Shown: in pieces, positions 1-12,542 of the stretch
Numbering within the stretch: the stretch's first letter is position 1
Layout: each line of letters begins with the position of its first letter
Made by a program: the position numbers and the translations under genes
Assembly: GCF_008831285.2 (NCBI RefSeq)
Contig: NC_045138.2
Coordinates: 27,528,001-27,592,000, forward strand
Direction: 5' to 3'
From: Nymphaea colorata
Lineage: Eukaryota
DNA length: 64,000 bases
Notes under the pieces: model-generated
Database searches by the model: none
Told to the model about the DNA's origin: nothing
What the model saw: only the letters and a program-made list of their open reading frames with translations

Positions 1-1930
1 ATTTAAGGAAGTGGCTTGTCAATTTGCTTCTTTGTCACAGATGAATGTAGCAGCTGCAAGAACCCCCATGCTCAGTCAATTCTTGAGTTTGGTTGGCTTC
101 ACTCAAGTTGATCCTATGAAGCTTGTTCAAGTTTTCACCATCGTGTGAGTTTTTAATGCTGTTTAGGCAAACTAAATCAAGCAGGAGTTAGCTCATTGTT
201 AGCTCTATATAATGTGGTATAGGTTAGCTGCCAGCTCCTCCACCGGACCTCTCTCCACGACTTTAATCTGGGTTCTGTATCTTTTAATGTAAGAAAACCC
301 ATTGCACAGGAGAGCTCTATCCTCTAGTCACCCACGCCGCCGGCGAACCCAATCTTCCTGTTAGCCACTAAGAGCACAGTGCAATCTGATCCAAGCTTAA
401 CTGCAGCAAGAATAGAGTAAAGCATATCATTTTCAGGAAATATCAGCTCTACGTGAAGGTGGCTGATTCCTGATGTTAACTCTTCTCCAAGCCAGTTCCT
501 GCAGCAACAGACAGGTATACTTAACTCCCCTGCAGTGAGACGCTATGTGAATGCAGATTTCACCCTCCTGAAGTTGAGGCCAATCTGCTGTAATAGTCCC
601 CGTGGACATCTAAATATGCATCTCCAACTGTTGTGCTGTGTCGCTCCCCATTGATGCCAGGACAAGTTTTGGCTTTGGTTGCAACCTTCTCTTTTACCTG
701 TTTCTATGAAGGCAATGGCCGGCTCCTGCTTAAGCACCATGGGTAACTGCTTATTACCAAATTCAAGTTTCAATATCTTCATGCTTGATGTGTTCATTAC
801 AGTTCGGATCCAACTAAATGTTGGGCGCCTGTCCGTGGTTGAGATATTCATACTTATTATTATCCATGTGAGTAGGAGGTTAACAACCCACCGTCTAGAA
901 AAGAGGCCCGAAGGCTTCCTCATTACCCCTCGAGACCTAGGTGGGATAAGGTGTACCCATCAACTAGATGTTACAACCTCACAGTTTACAGTCCAGGAGT
1001 ATAGTACTCATATGAGTCAAACCAACAACGTGAGTTGTATGCGACCGGTGCCCGACTAGCTATGCTAAGACCTTGAAGCGATATCCGTGCTCACTACCAT
1101 AAACAAACTGAAAGAAAAGGAAACCCCTAAGTAACCCTTTTGCTGGCTTGAGGCCAACCGAAACTCCTTCAGCCGTGTGTGAATTTTGCAGGAACATAAA
1201 TTGAACTCTCCTAACATATTGCAATGGGCCTGCAGAGCTCCAGTTTACTCCATTTTTCTCTGCTCAACTTGAAACATAAGGCACCTCAATGGTCCTTACT
1301 GCAATACACAGAAAGAATCCAAAGTGCTTCACCAAAAAATGCATGTCCCATAAGCCAGTGGCACCAGTTTATGCGCATGATTCTTTACCTGGGATGAGAT
1401 TATCTGCCAGCCCCTGGCAGTGGCAGAGCCGCATATAGGCAGGTGTGGGCAGTTCCCACGCCAGCCCTATAAAATTTCTTCATTTTCATATTGTTACTTA
1501 AGTGATTTGCTTATTTGCATGTAGTGGTGCCCATAAAATTGCGAGAGCTTTTGAATTACTGTCCCTCGGCCCAAAATTCCTGGTTACACTTGCATAAGTT
1601 AAAAATAACCAGAGAAAATAATCATGCATTGATGATATAGTCATCTGTATATTTGTGGTAGAACTACCATGTGTCATTTTTTGTTCAATATCAGTGTATA
1701 ATCTTGAGTCTAGAAGATACAAAAGAGGAGTTTTCTCTGCTTCCGACTGAGTTCATATCTGGACTTCTTTTTGACTTGTACAGGATCAAAGGAGGAGGAG
1801 GAGGAGGGAGAAAGAGGTCCAGAATGGAAGTAGTAATTGGGCGGCTCTAGACATGGTCACTATGAAAAGGCATCATGCACCTTCGACTTTGGCGGCGTGT
1901 TAGAAATAATGAATGGACGGCTCAAAAGTA

Positions 1931-2318
1931 TAGAGACCTGAAACAGACGAGATGCTTAAGACTCGTTGATACTGATTTGGAGAAAGTAGAGCCCTAGTCC
2001 GAGTCGAGCATTATAAAACGAGCTCGCTCGAGTCCTTCAGGCTCGTGTCACTTGATTCATATTTAAAAAAAAAAATAAAATAAAAATGAAAGCCACAAAA
2101 GGGCATTAAAATTCGTGAAAATTTTACCAAGCTTCTGAAAATGAATAATCAGGGAAGACAGAAGTTGAGTCGAGTTTAAAGAAAACATGCTCATGTAACT
2201 CAAACTCGACTCATTTATAACTTGAGTTTTATCTCCAGCTCGACTTCAATTAGAAGTCGAGTTTACACAAGTGAGTTTCAGTCAAGCCCAAGTTGGCTGG
2301 ACTCCTTGTACATTCCTA
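1931..2318. mobile_element. Degenerate MITE of the CTCGAG/ACTCGA-rich family
   Basis: Dense GAGTCGAG/CTCGACT motifs like those at 15382-15894. Ends ...TGTACATTCCTA. Boundaries approximate. Confidence 0.5.
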
Positions 2319-2929
2319 GAGACACCCCTCACATGAACCACAGATTTGAGACTGTTAGGGTTAGTTAGCTTCATTTGTTGATTGGTAAGCTGGGTTTTAG
2401 ACAAACTCTAGCTAAATTATGTCAGCAAAAGCACCCTAATTGTTGAACTTTGGACCTTGTTGTACTCCACAATCTCATCTTCGCACTCCTTAGACAAGTG
2501 CATAGAGTTTGCCTAAGAGGGTGTTTGGTAAGAAGAACAAGGGGAGTTCTTAGAACATATATTTTGATCTGTCCATCTGTCTCTGATTTTCTTCTCGATC
2601 TATCCATCGATCTCGCCTCTCTGTCGCTCTAAATCTCTCAATTTGTCGATCTCTCTCTACCTTTTCATTTTTCTCGATCCGTACATCTCCCTATTCTTCT
2701 TCCACCTCTACTTGATGACCCAAACATGTGCATGTGCCTTTTATTAATATTCGAGATATGAACAGGTTCAACTTAAATTCATGAAATGATGGCCAGGTAG
2801 ATCTAAATCATCCCAAAGCACCTAAGATCAAGAGCCTTGCCTGCAAGCTTCATTTCTGCCATCCAATATGTTGCCATACTTCAATGCTTTTAGATCTTTA
2901 TAAGGTTGTGCATGCGCGCATGTGTGTGT

Positions 2930-2932
<3 letters not shown>

Positions 2933-3012
<80 letters not shown>
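2933..3012. repeat. (TA)40 microsatellite
   Basis: Uninterrupted TA run. Confidence 0.95.
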
Positions 3013-3018
<6 letters not shown>

Positions 3019-3611
3019 GGTATAGTACAGCTTCTCCTTGTTCTAAATAAAATTATTTAATGTCCACGAACAGCTTGGTGGATGACTCAAGCTTATGCCT
3101 CGGTTGCTTGTAACACTGTGGCTAACAGCTTTTTAGATCATATTTTATAGTTCGTTTTCCTTTCTTTCTTCATATTGATGGATTTCCAATGAGATCTGTA
3201 CTGGCCTTGCCTTATTAATTGTTGCAAGCCTCGAAAGATTGCCTTCAGTGACTTCATAAACTTGCACAGGTGTAGAAAAGTTGGAGGACTTTTAATGCTT
3301 GATACTTCACAGTCGCAACGAGCTTATTAGTTCTACTCTCCTGACGAGTTGCTAGTAGCCTGATATCTTATCATATTTTATGGAGGTGCACGCTATATTT
3401 TTATAAGTTTGATCTTTAAAAAAGTAAAGAAAGATCGAGCCTTATTGTATATAGAAAGGCTTACTAAACCATTTCTTAATACTCTAAAATTTGTAGTTGA
3501 ATATTGAAATTCCTTAAATTTTTTGGCACGTATGTGGGTTTGTTTGAGATATAAAACCAATCTGAAATCTTTTTAGTGTGGGTCCTGCACAGTGAAAACA
3601 CACCACACTTG

Positions 3612-3840
3612 GCTCCGAGGAGTGTAGCATGGCTCGTTGGGTTGGTGGGCTGGTAAAAACCCGGTCATCATTTTGATTCATACAAGTGTTCCTCTTCTAT
3701 ACTACAAACGATGTATGCGCTTCTGTGGATTTGAATGGAGTAACCCTAAGTTCACTTAGGTCCTGAAGCAACCTCGAACTGGAGATAGGGAAAGGGAGGA
3801 GGGGCTTCGGTCTGTTCGAGGTATCTCCACTGCTTCAACG
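3612..3840 (+). mobile_element. Degenerate dispersed repeat (SINE-like), related to 16335-16545 and 34920-35120
   Basis: Shares TTGGGTTGGTGGGCTGG, ACTACAAAYGATG and the downstream AAGT...GAAGCA layout with 16335-16545. Confidence 0.45.
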
Positions 3841-4256
3841 AAAATGAGGATTTGAAATACTCAATATGTGACCAAAACCTCATATTCAATATCAGATTTT
3901 GGGGAGGGGTGGGGGTGACCTCAAACACTCATATCCGAAATCCTTAGTAATCTTGATGACCTCAGATCTGAGATCCTAGGAAAATAGAAGTCCCCTAAAG
4001 GTAAGTACAATTCGAGTATTTAAAGGTTAGCTTAACATAAACAAGGGCCTTTACCAATTACCACCACAAGGTATCATTTCAAAATAACAAAAGGCCTGGC
4101 ATAGGGATGGAATTTCTAGATCAAACAAGAAGAAGCTAAACGAAATTAATCTACTTTGATTTGAACATTCATGGGGTTTGTTTCTTTATGGTGTTTAAGT
4201 TTCCAGCCAAGCATAATGGTGGCAAGTCATGGTTCAAAAGAACTAGATACTGTCCC

Positions 4257-4486
4257 CCGAGGGGGTTTGGCGCAACGGTTAAGCAGGTTTGGTAGGCAGT
4301 CAGTTCCTATTTTGAATCCCTAATGTATCAACTCTTTTATGTTGCAAAAAGGAGACCACTTAACACACAAATTAAAGTGTGGCAGGAACAGCACCCTCGA
4401 GGCACCGAAAGCATGCCCTGTATCTTAAGGGAATGAGGGGTTGGGTAGGGCCTTTCAGCTCTCATCTCACCTAAAAAAAAAAAAAA
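4257..4486 (+). mobile_element. tRNA-derived SINE-like element
   Basis: A-box-like TGGCGCAACGG (4268-4278), degenerate B-box TTTTGAATCCC (4310-4320), ~230-bp body and an A14 tail (4473-4486). Confidence 0.5.
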
Positions 4487-7400
4487 CATATACCAGTTTT
4501 TGGATTTGAATCCATAATCCAAAATCCAATCCTCAGGATACGATTCATGGATATGAAGATATTAACATCAACTATATATAATTCCCATAATCACTACAAC
4601 CTATATTATATATTCACGCGTTAGCATCCCAATAAGTGACAAAACAAGAGGCATTGCCAGCTGCTTCTTCTTTTTGTTTGATGGGGACATGTCCTCTAAT
4701 TAGAGGAAACACATAAACATGCTTAGCTTCAACATTTGTCTCTCTCTCGTTCTCGTTCCCTTTTTTAATTCGAAGCAAACACATGGATAATTAATGTGAT
4801 ATGGCAGACACGGTGAGAAGAGGATGGAACACAATGGGTTGGCGCAGAGCTGTGATGCTTACGATTACTCACACTCTTGTGTTATTCTTCAAGGCTTTTT
4901 TGGGAGTCAAACAAGGAAGAAGAAATTATATTTTATGAGTGGTAGGCCTATGGATTCCATGGTAGTACGTTGATCGGCTCTGCATCACACATTTATGTGC
5001 AACTTGTGCCCTAATTCCAGGTCCCATATGAGTACAGCAAGTACCTTGATGACATCAGGAGCCATTAAAAGAATAAAGTAGCCCATACCAAATCACTTTC
5101 CAGGCAATGATAGATATTGGGGGACATGATTGGGTGCTTGGACCTTCCATGATCTTATGTGGGCACCCACCTGTTCGCCAATTTAGCCTCTCAAGTCACC
5201 TTGGTCACCTTCCATCTCAAGAATGACTGACCAAACTTGTGTTTGAAAAGCTTGTAAGAACAATCATGGTAGTGTTGATTATGTGACAATCGTAATAAGA
5301 CAAAAGATTAATGTATCAAGCATCATTAGCAACAGGTAATTGTTATGTTTTCATTAATTAAGCGGGTTGATTTACGACGTACTTGAAAGAGGTCAAGAGT
5401 TCGATACTCCGGTCGGCATCGGTACATGCTGGAAAAATTGAGAAGTTTCTTTACAATCAATGGTCTTTTTCCTCTTTCTTTGTTTTTGCCACCTTTTTAA
5501 TGTCAAGTTGGGGGTGCCCAACAGATTAATTATGCCAAAAAGTGCACCTCCCAACTGATCTCCTTGTCACCTTTTACTCTATTCTTCACTTTTGAGAGTC
5601 TTAAAAGTGAACCCTTTTTATGTTAAGAAAACTCAATAATATTTGTGATATTCATGCAATAAGAAAAAAAAGAAGGAAGGAAGCTAAGATCAAATCAAAT
5701 AGGCAACCTGATTATTAGGTAGAAATGTAGTCCAACATTTACCCGCTTGGAACCTTCTTCACAACTTCCTCTCTCTTTCTCTCTTATGTATGAAACTTTG
5801 TTTATTGATATGAATTCTATTATATTTCTAATGATAGCAAGCGTGCGCTGTGTTGTTGGTAATATTATTTTTCTGACTTGGGGAGGATCGAGGAGGATGC
5901 CAGGGGAGCCTTGAGCCAACTGTTGTTGCCAGTACAAAATTAAGGGAAGATGGAGTACTTCTTGCCCCTTTTAGTCTGCTCCTTATTATATTAGTCCATA
6001 TAAAAGAACCGAGAATTTGGCTCACTCGGGGGATTGTCTTGCTTTCGTACAAGGCACCCCTGCGGTCACCGCCATTGCAGCATCACAGTTAGCAAGGAAG
6101 AGAAGTGTGTTGTTATGTGAACACAATGTTCTTTGTATGAATGCAGTAAAATCTACTAATTAATTGACAAATGTTTTATATAAGCAAAAAGGGTTGAACC
6201 GTTGAATAGAAAATTGTACATTTTTGTTTTATGCAAACAGTTCTTTTGAATTTAAAGGTTCGATACAAGTTGACGCAGATAAGGTAAGTAATTAAGGGGC
6301 GTCGCCCTAGAAAAATATGGCAGCTTTTAAAATTTGAAGGGTTATAGTGCAATCGGCAGCACGACTACTTAGGTTAAAAGGTGTGATGTCTTTGTTATTC
6401 GTCTATATTAAAAATAGTGACAAGCATGACACTCGAGTTGAACGAAGTATTATAGACCCACTCAAGTCCCGAATCAAGAAAAAAAAATTTCATCAGGGGG
6501 CTGAATTAAAGTTTCTAAATTTTGACAGAGGTTACAACATCATTTTTCAAACTTTTTATATAAGACGAGTAAAATTTTCTAAAATTTACATGTAATTTAT
6601 TTTAAAAAAAATTGAGGTGGGTCTAGGGCCATGTGGGCCTTCCCTTGGCTCCGCTCTTGCACCCTAACTATGTGGGGGCTGGGCCCTTTGAGTTTTTCAA
6701 AAAATAAATCTGACAAAAATTTAATTTGGTTCATGTAAAAGCTTTTAAAAATTACATAGCGGCTCCCATATGAAAGATTTTCAAGTCTACCCCTAATGTG
6801 GTTGATCAAGAAAAGTTTTATGTGTGTGTACATATAAAAACAAAAAAAAGTTAATGATTATTTTTTTAGAAAAAAAAAAGTTACTTTACGATACACTTCG
6901 GCATTTTTTCTTTTTACATCAGAAATTTAGGTTACGTTTGATTTTCTATGAATCTCTAACTTGAGAGAGGATTTGAAATCCATGATGGCAGAAATCTGCA
7001 ATTAATGTCCGCCTTTAACGTGAATCTCATATCCACACTATTAAGTATAAAAAGCAAAGCATGGATTTGAAATCCGATGATGAAGAACATGGTAAGCATC
7101 TCAACGTCGCTGAAGCGAATTTATATGGCTAGCGTCCATTATTTTCATGCCAATAGCTTTTTCCCATGGGACCTAACCATGCTGTCGCCCTTAGAGGGCT
7201 CCAAGTGTCGCGTTGGACGATCTAATCATCTTTATTGCATGATAACGTTCAACTTTTGAGACAGTGAGTGAATCAACCGCCGGGGATTCATGAAATCAAA
7301 AGCTTCATTTTTTGACAGCGAAAGAAACCAAAGCGCCGGGGATGGTTGGAAAAATGTTGATGACATGGAAACAGTAACTGAACTGCAATTGGCTGAAAAC

Positions 7401-7570
7401 ACCTTAAAATACTTTAAAAACTTGTCGTAAATGACAGATAGCGCTTTTGCATGGGCTGCTGGATTGAATCGATCTGCCACCGGTTTTGTTTGAATTCCGG
7501 CCGACTTTCCAAAATATTGTTAAAAGAAAGCGTCCTCCAATATAATTCAAGGAAAATGGTGTTTTGAATT

Positions 7571-7751
7571 TAGGGGCGGATGAAGTCGGGTTTAAGGTTT
7601 AGGGTTTAGGGTGGGCTGGCAGAGGCCATGTCTTCCTCGCATTTTGATGTTTATATTCTTGAAACTTTTTAATTTGGCATACTTAAAAATTTTAAAAAAT
7701 ATTGTTCGGTAGATCCTGTATGTTATTCATATTTCTACCTCTCCGCTCCTA
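7571..7751. mobile_element. Short MITE with TAGGGGCGGA-type TIRs, containing telomeric repeats
   Basis: TIRs TAGGGGCGGAT / CTCCGCTCCTA (9/11 match), with an AT-rich core. TTTAAGG-TTTAGGG-TTTAGGG at 7591-7611. Confidence 0.55.
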
Positions 7752-8598
7752 CTTCAAATGGTAGTTATCCCAAGAATTGACGCGCTCAACCTCCGGAAAC
7801 AAGAGAGCCTAGGAGCTATGGCATCCTCTAAGATTTTAAAAAATTAAATTTTATTTATAAATATTTGTTCTCCTAAAAATCTTGAAAAATATATTGGGCA
7901 CCCGAGACAATTAATACATAGACCAACCTTGACTGCCAAAAAACAAAAAAAAAAAAACAAAAAGATTTCTAGCTTGACCCCCTGCACGTGCACGCACCAA
8001 CACACATTCATCTGAAGATATAAATCTATAATAAAAGCAATGTGGGGCTGTAAGAGAGAGAAAGAGAGGGAGGAAAGTACAGTTGATGAAGTACAAGCTA
8101 TGACCACCTATCTAGACGTAGTGTATAGGGCCTTCCTGGTGGGGGCAGCCGGCCGGCCCGCCGGCCGGCCGGGCTGTAGCTGTTTGTTCCAGCCAAAGGG
8201 TTCACCTGCCTCCCCTTCAACGCGTCTTGGGTATCAGGTCAAAGATGACAAGCATCTCGACAAACAGATAAAATTAATGCGTCTAACATTTGTGGGCATT
8301 CTTCTAACAATTGAATGCAAATCCTGCCAATTTACTTAGTTGAGAAATTAGATCACAACAGAGTTCCCTTTGTCGGCTTTTTGAACTTAAGTTCAGAGGA
8401 ACTACATCCATGTGATGAGATCCATAATAGAATTTTTACAATCTTGAGCTTTGCTTCTAATGGTTATCATATAGAGCTTAACATGTCTGCGCTGTCGTTG
8501 TAAAACTATATAGGTGTATAATACATGCTTATGTAAATAAATATCCAAGTGCCCTCAACGTATTTGGTGTAGTTGGTCGGACTAGCGAAGGACAGTCG

Positions 8599-8921
8599 CT
8601 GGTTTGATTTTCCATAGCACCGGTCCCTATGGCACCTTAGACCTTAAAAGTGGTGTTAATAACTTTATATATATCTGTCACGTCTACTAGAAATATATAT
8701 ATATGTATATATCTGGTTTGATTTTCCATAGCGCCGGTCCCTATGGCACCCTAGACCCTAAAAGCGGTGTTAATAACTTTATATATATCTGTCAGGTCTA
8801 CTAGAAATATATATATATGTATATATCTGGTTTGATTTTCCATAGCACCGGTCCCTATGGCACCCTAGACCCTAAAAGCGGTGTTAATAACTTTATATTT
8901 ATCTGTCAGGTCTACTAGAAA
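8599..8921 (+). repeat. Tandem repeat, 114-bp unit, ~2.8 copies
   Basis: Units start at 8599, 8713 and 8827 with CTGGTTTGATTTTCCATAGCRCCGGTCCCTATGGCACC...GTCTACTAGAAA and are nearly identical. Confidence 0.93.
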
Positions 8922-10487
8922 AATATGAGACTAGCTCTACATTAGTTATTATTAATAACTATTTCTGTCAGGTCTATGATACATAGTGAGACATACACAC
9001 GTGTATTCACACGCATACACAAACATATATATAATATATATATGTGTGTAGGGGGCAAGAGTCGTATTTCCGGCGTCGGTGCGGCCCTAGCTGTTATATT
9101 GAACCTGCAGAGTCATGGGGTTATTATTTAAAGGGATATATGCTTTATTCCAACCATACCATGCCAATCTAGTTGTCACAAACGATGCTGTTGCTTATTT
9201 AATTTTTCTTTCAATTTTTTCCTAATCACAAGACATTCTATTAAGAAGAGGCTTATGAAAGATCGCGTGGCACGAGTTTTTGGCTTTTATAACCCTTTTT
9301 GTGGTAAGATAGTGTAAGCACCTAACCATTAAATATTTGATCTCCCAGTAAGCTTCTAAGTATTTAATATTGAATGCGGCAGTGCCAATAATTCTGTCAA
9401 TAGAAGAATTAGAAGGCAGGAGCTACGTTCCTTCCTTTTGACACACTACCCATGTAATCAATAGCCATTGTTTGGTTTGGTTGTTGGCTCTGTCACATAT
9501 CTTTGAGTCAGACCCCACCTTTGGATCCTTCTGCATTTAAACTTTTGCCCTTCAAACTTCATTAGATTTCATGTTGTTCTCATTCTAGAATGTAGAGGTG
9601 ATTAGATCAGTAAAAATATGAGATTCCGGTTGATGCCCATCACGGGGATTCTTTGTTTCGACTCTGCAATCGATCGTGTCCCTTCACACAGAATCAGATT
9701 CATCATCTTGACACAGCAATCAGAAGTTTAATTTGTGTACTATTGGAAGGAAGAAAATGAATATCGAATTTTTATTCTTATTGACAACTGTGTCCTTCCA
9801 AAAAAATGTTTCCAAATCACCAGGCTGAGCCTGCGTCATATGCCTTGGAGTCCTACTACAGTGACAAGGCAACCATTAGAATATCTGAAACTTAATACAT
9901 AAAATAATTATATATTGCCATGATCCTCTTTCTACCTCAGGTCTATTTTGTGTATGAGTTGGGCCTTGGGAATTTGGTGGCTATTGCGTGTATAGGTAGA
10001 GAGAGAATTACAGATGTGGTCCACAATAACTTTATCTTCACTGTCTTCTGGTTGTCTTCTCTTTGATTAGTGGAGAAAAATGCGTATGTTTTCTCCCAAG
10101 CAAAAGAAAGATAAATGTAATACCAATGTGGTAAAAAGAACTTCTCTTTCAAAGTTGTTGTAAAATACTGGTATACGTCTGTATATCAAAATCAGTTAAA
10201 GAATGTCAGACAAGTTCAGGTCCTAATTTGGAGTCACATCAACAGAAAAAATGTGGGTTATTCTCATAAATAAATGAACAACCAAACTGTTGACACCAGC
10301 TTTAGATAATTGTGGATTTCACCCCACCTCACTGCTTTAGGGAGACTTTTGTCCATGCATGGAAGCATAACAGCTGGCTGTGGAGAGTGACTTCTGTAGT
10401 TCACAACTCTTTAGAAAAATCATTGGAAGTTGCCTAGTTGGGGGAGGAGATTGAGTAAGCTTGCACAGTTGTAGGGCTCATGGGCCC

Positions 10488-10495
10488 TATAAATA
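10488..10495 (+). promoter_or_regulatory. TATA box of the ACC synthase gene
   Basis: CC-TATAAATA about 130 bp upstream of the ATG at 10626, followed by a CT-rich leader. Confidence 0.65.
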
Positions 10496-10625
10496 TGGCT
10501 AATTCTAATGAACTCTGCAGTCTGCTCTCTCTAAAGCCTCTCCTCAGACAGGATTTCTCTTGAAGCGGGGCATCACACAAGAGACAAGGCAAAGCCTTCA
10601 GAATTCAAGCTTTACAGAAGCAGCC

Positions 10626-12542
10626 ATGGGGCAAGAGATGCTGGTTAATGGGTTCTGCAAGGTTGATAAGGATGGTGGTCCAAGAACCAACGGCAAGATC
10701 TGCAGAAACCCAGTTGGGTTGTCCCGAATTTCGATGTCAGATACCCATGGAGAAGATTCCCCTTATTTTGCAGGGTGGAAGGCCTACGATCAGGACCCTT
10801 ATGATGCAGTCAAGAACCCATCAGGGGTCATCCAGATGGGATTAGCAGAGAACCAGGTGAGCCTCATTAATGGATTCTTTCATTAAATTTTGGCTTCATC
10901 TGAGCATGGCGTGCATGTGAGGCTGCTTCTTGTCTGATGGAATTCTGTTGGCAGCAGCAGAATATGTTCAGTAATGAAGTTTAGGAAAGAGAAAATCACT
11001 GGAAATGCTGATCAGTTCTTGATTTTGAATGTAAGCTTCTGACTGGTTCCCTTCTATTTGCAGGTCTCATTTGATTTGTTGGAAGAACAGTTGTTTTCTC
11101 AAGGCAAGTCTTCGGACTGGGGAAGTGGCATATCAAATTTCAGAGAGACCGCACTGTTTCAAGATTACCATGGGCTCCAGGTTTTCAGACAGGTGCTTAT
11201 CATGACTCTGCAGAAGCTCTTCCCGTTATGGCTTTAGATGAAACAAATTTCCCCTGCCTTCTTGAGTGACTTTAGCATTCTGTTAAGTTAATGTCTGACG
11301 GTTCTTAAATTTTAACAGGCGATGGCTGCTTTCATGGAGGACATAAGAGGAGGAAGAGTTAAATTTGATCCTGACAGGATTGTTCTCACAGCTGGAGCAA
11401 CTGCAGCCAATGAGTTACTGACGTTTAGCTTGGCTGACCCAGGAGAAGCTTTCCTTGTACCGACTCCATACTATCCAGGGTATGTTGCAGTTATCATTTG
11501 AAAAGAATAGTTAAAAGCAATAAATTTAGCTAACAAACAAATGTTATGATTCTATGATCATTATTTTAATAAAGACTGCCATTTTCAAAGCAAACTCGAG
11601 TAAAAAAATTGGTTGGCTGGTTGGGTAAATCTTGGGCTTCACGGAGATTAAACTACTCTATTATAATTTTCCAGGTTTGACAGAGATATCAGATGGAGAA
11701 CAGGAGTGAAGATAGTCCCGGTGCACTGTGAAAGCTCAAACAACTTCACAATCACAAGGGAAGCCTTAGAAAATGCGTACAGGGAAGCAGAAGACATGAA
11801 CATCACTGTGAAAGGCATTCTCATAACAAATCCATCAAACCCACTCGGCATAACCATCCAGAAACCTGTTCTTGAAGAGATTCTCGACTTCTCGGTGGAG
11901 AAAAACATTCACCTGATCTCTGATGAAATCTACTCAGGCTCTGTTTTCCAGGAACCTGAATTCACCAGCGTTGCCGAGGTGTTGAGTTCCAGAGACTACC
12001 AAGGCTGTGAAAGAGTTCACATAGTTTACAGCCTCTCCAAGGACTTGGGCCTCCCTGGATTCCGGGTGGGAGCTCTATACTCCTACAACAACAGAGTGGT
12101 GGAGACATGCAGAAGAATGTCAAGCTTCAGCTTGGTCTCCTCTCAAACACAAAGCCTTCTTGCCTCCATGCTATCAAACTCAAAATTCCGAAAGAGTTAC
12201 ATAGAGACCAACAGGAAGAGACTGAAAGAGAGGTATGAGATCTTTGTGAATGGAATAAAGAAAGCTGGGATTGGGTGCTTGAAGGGCAATGCTGGGCTTT
12301 TCTGCTGGATCAACCTCAGCCCACTGCTGAAGACCCAAACCAGGGAAGGAGAGATAGATCTGTGGAACTCCATACTGCATGAAGCAAAATTGAACGTCTC
12401 TCCAGGTTCATCGTGTCATTGCTCTGACCCAGGTTGGTTCAGGGTGTGCTTTGCCAACATGAGCCACCAGACACTGAAAATTGCACTGAACCGGATACAG
12501 GCATTCGTGGAGAAGCAGAAACTGAAGCACCCATCTCCATGA
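10626..12542 (+). CDS. ACS: 1-aminocyclopropane-1-carboxylate synthase (ACC synthase), type-3-like, 4 exons, ~462 aa
   Basis: Exons 10626-10856, 11064-11192, 11319-11479, 11675-12542, all GT-AG, frame preserved (1389 nt). ACS motifs: [72 protein letters not shown], the PLP-lysine motif [14 protein letters not shown], and WFRVCFAN. The protein ends about 25 aa after WFRVCFAN with no RLSF/WVF tail. Confidence 0.96.

Noticed and set aside
543..1059. Overlapping 126-aa ORFs on both strands
   Set aside because: No recognisable motifs or splice-consistent structure; probably chance ORFs or TE-derived DNA.
5390..5420. tRNA-like GAGTTCGATACTCC, and similar motifs at ~19154 and 28315
   Set aside because: No cloverleaf or acceptor stem can be built; treated as SINE-derived B-boxes, not tRNA genes.
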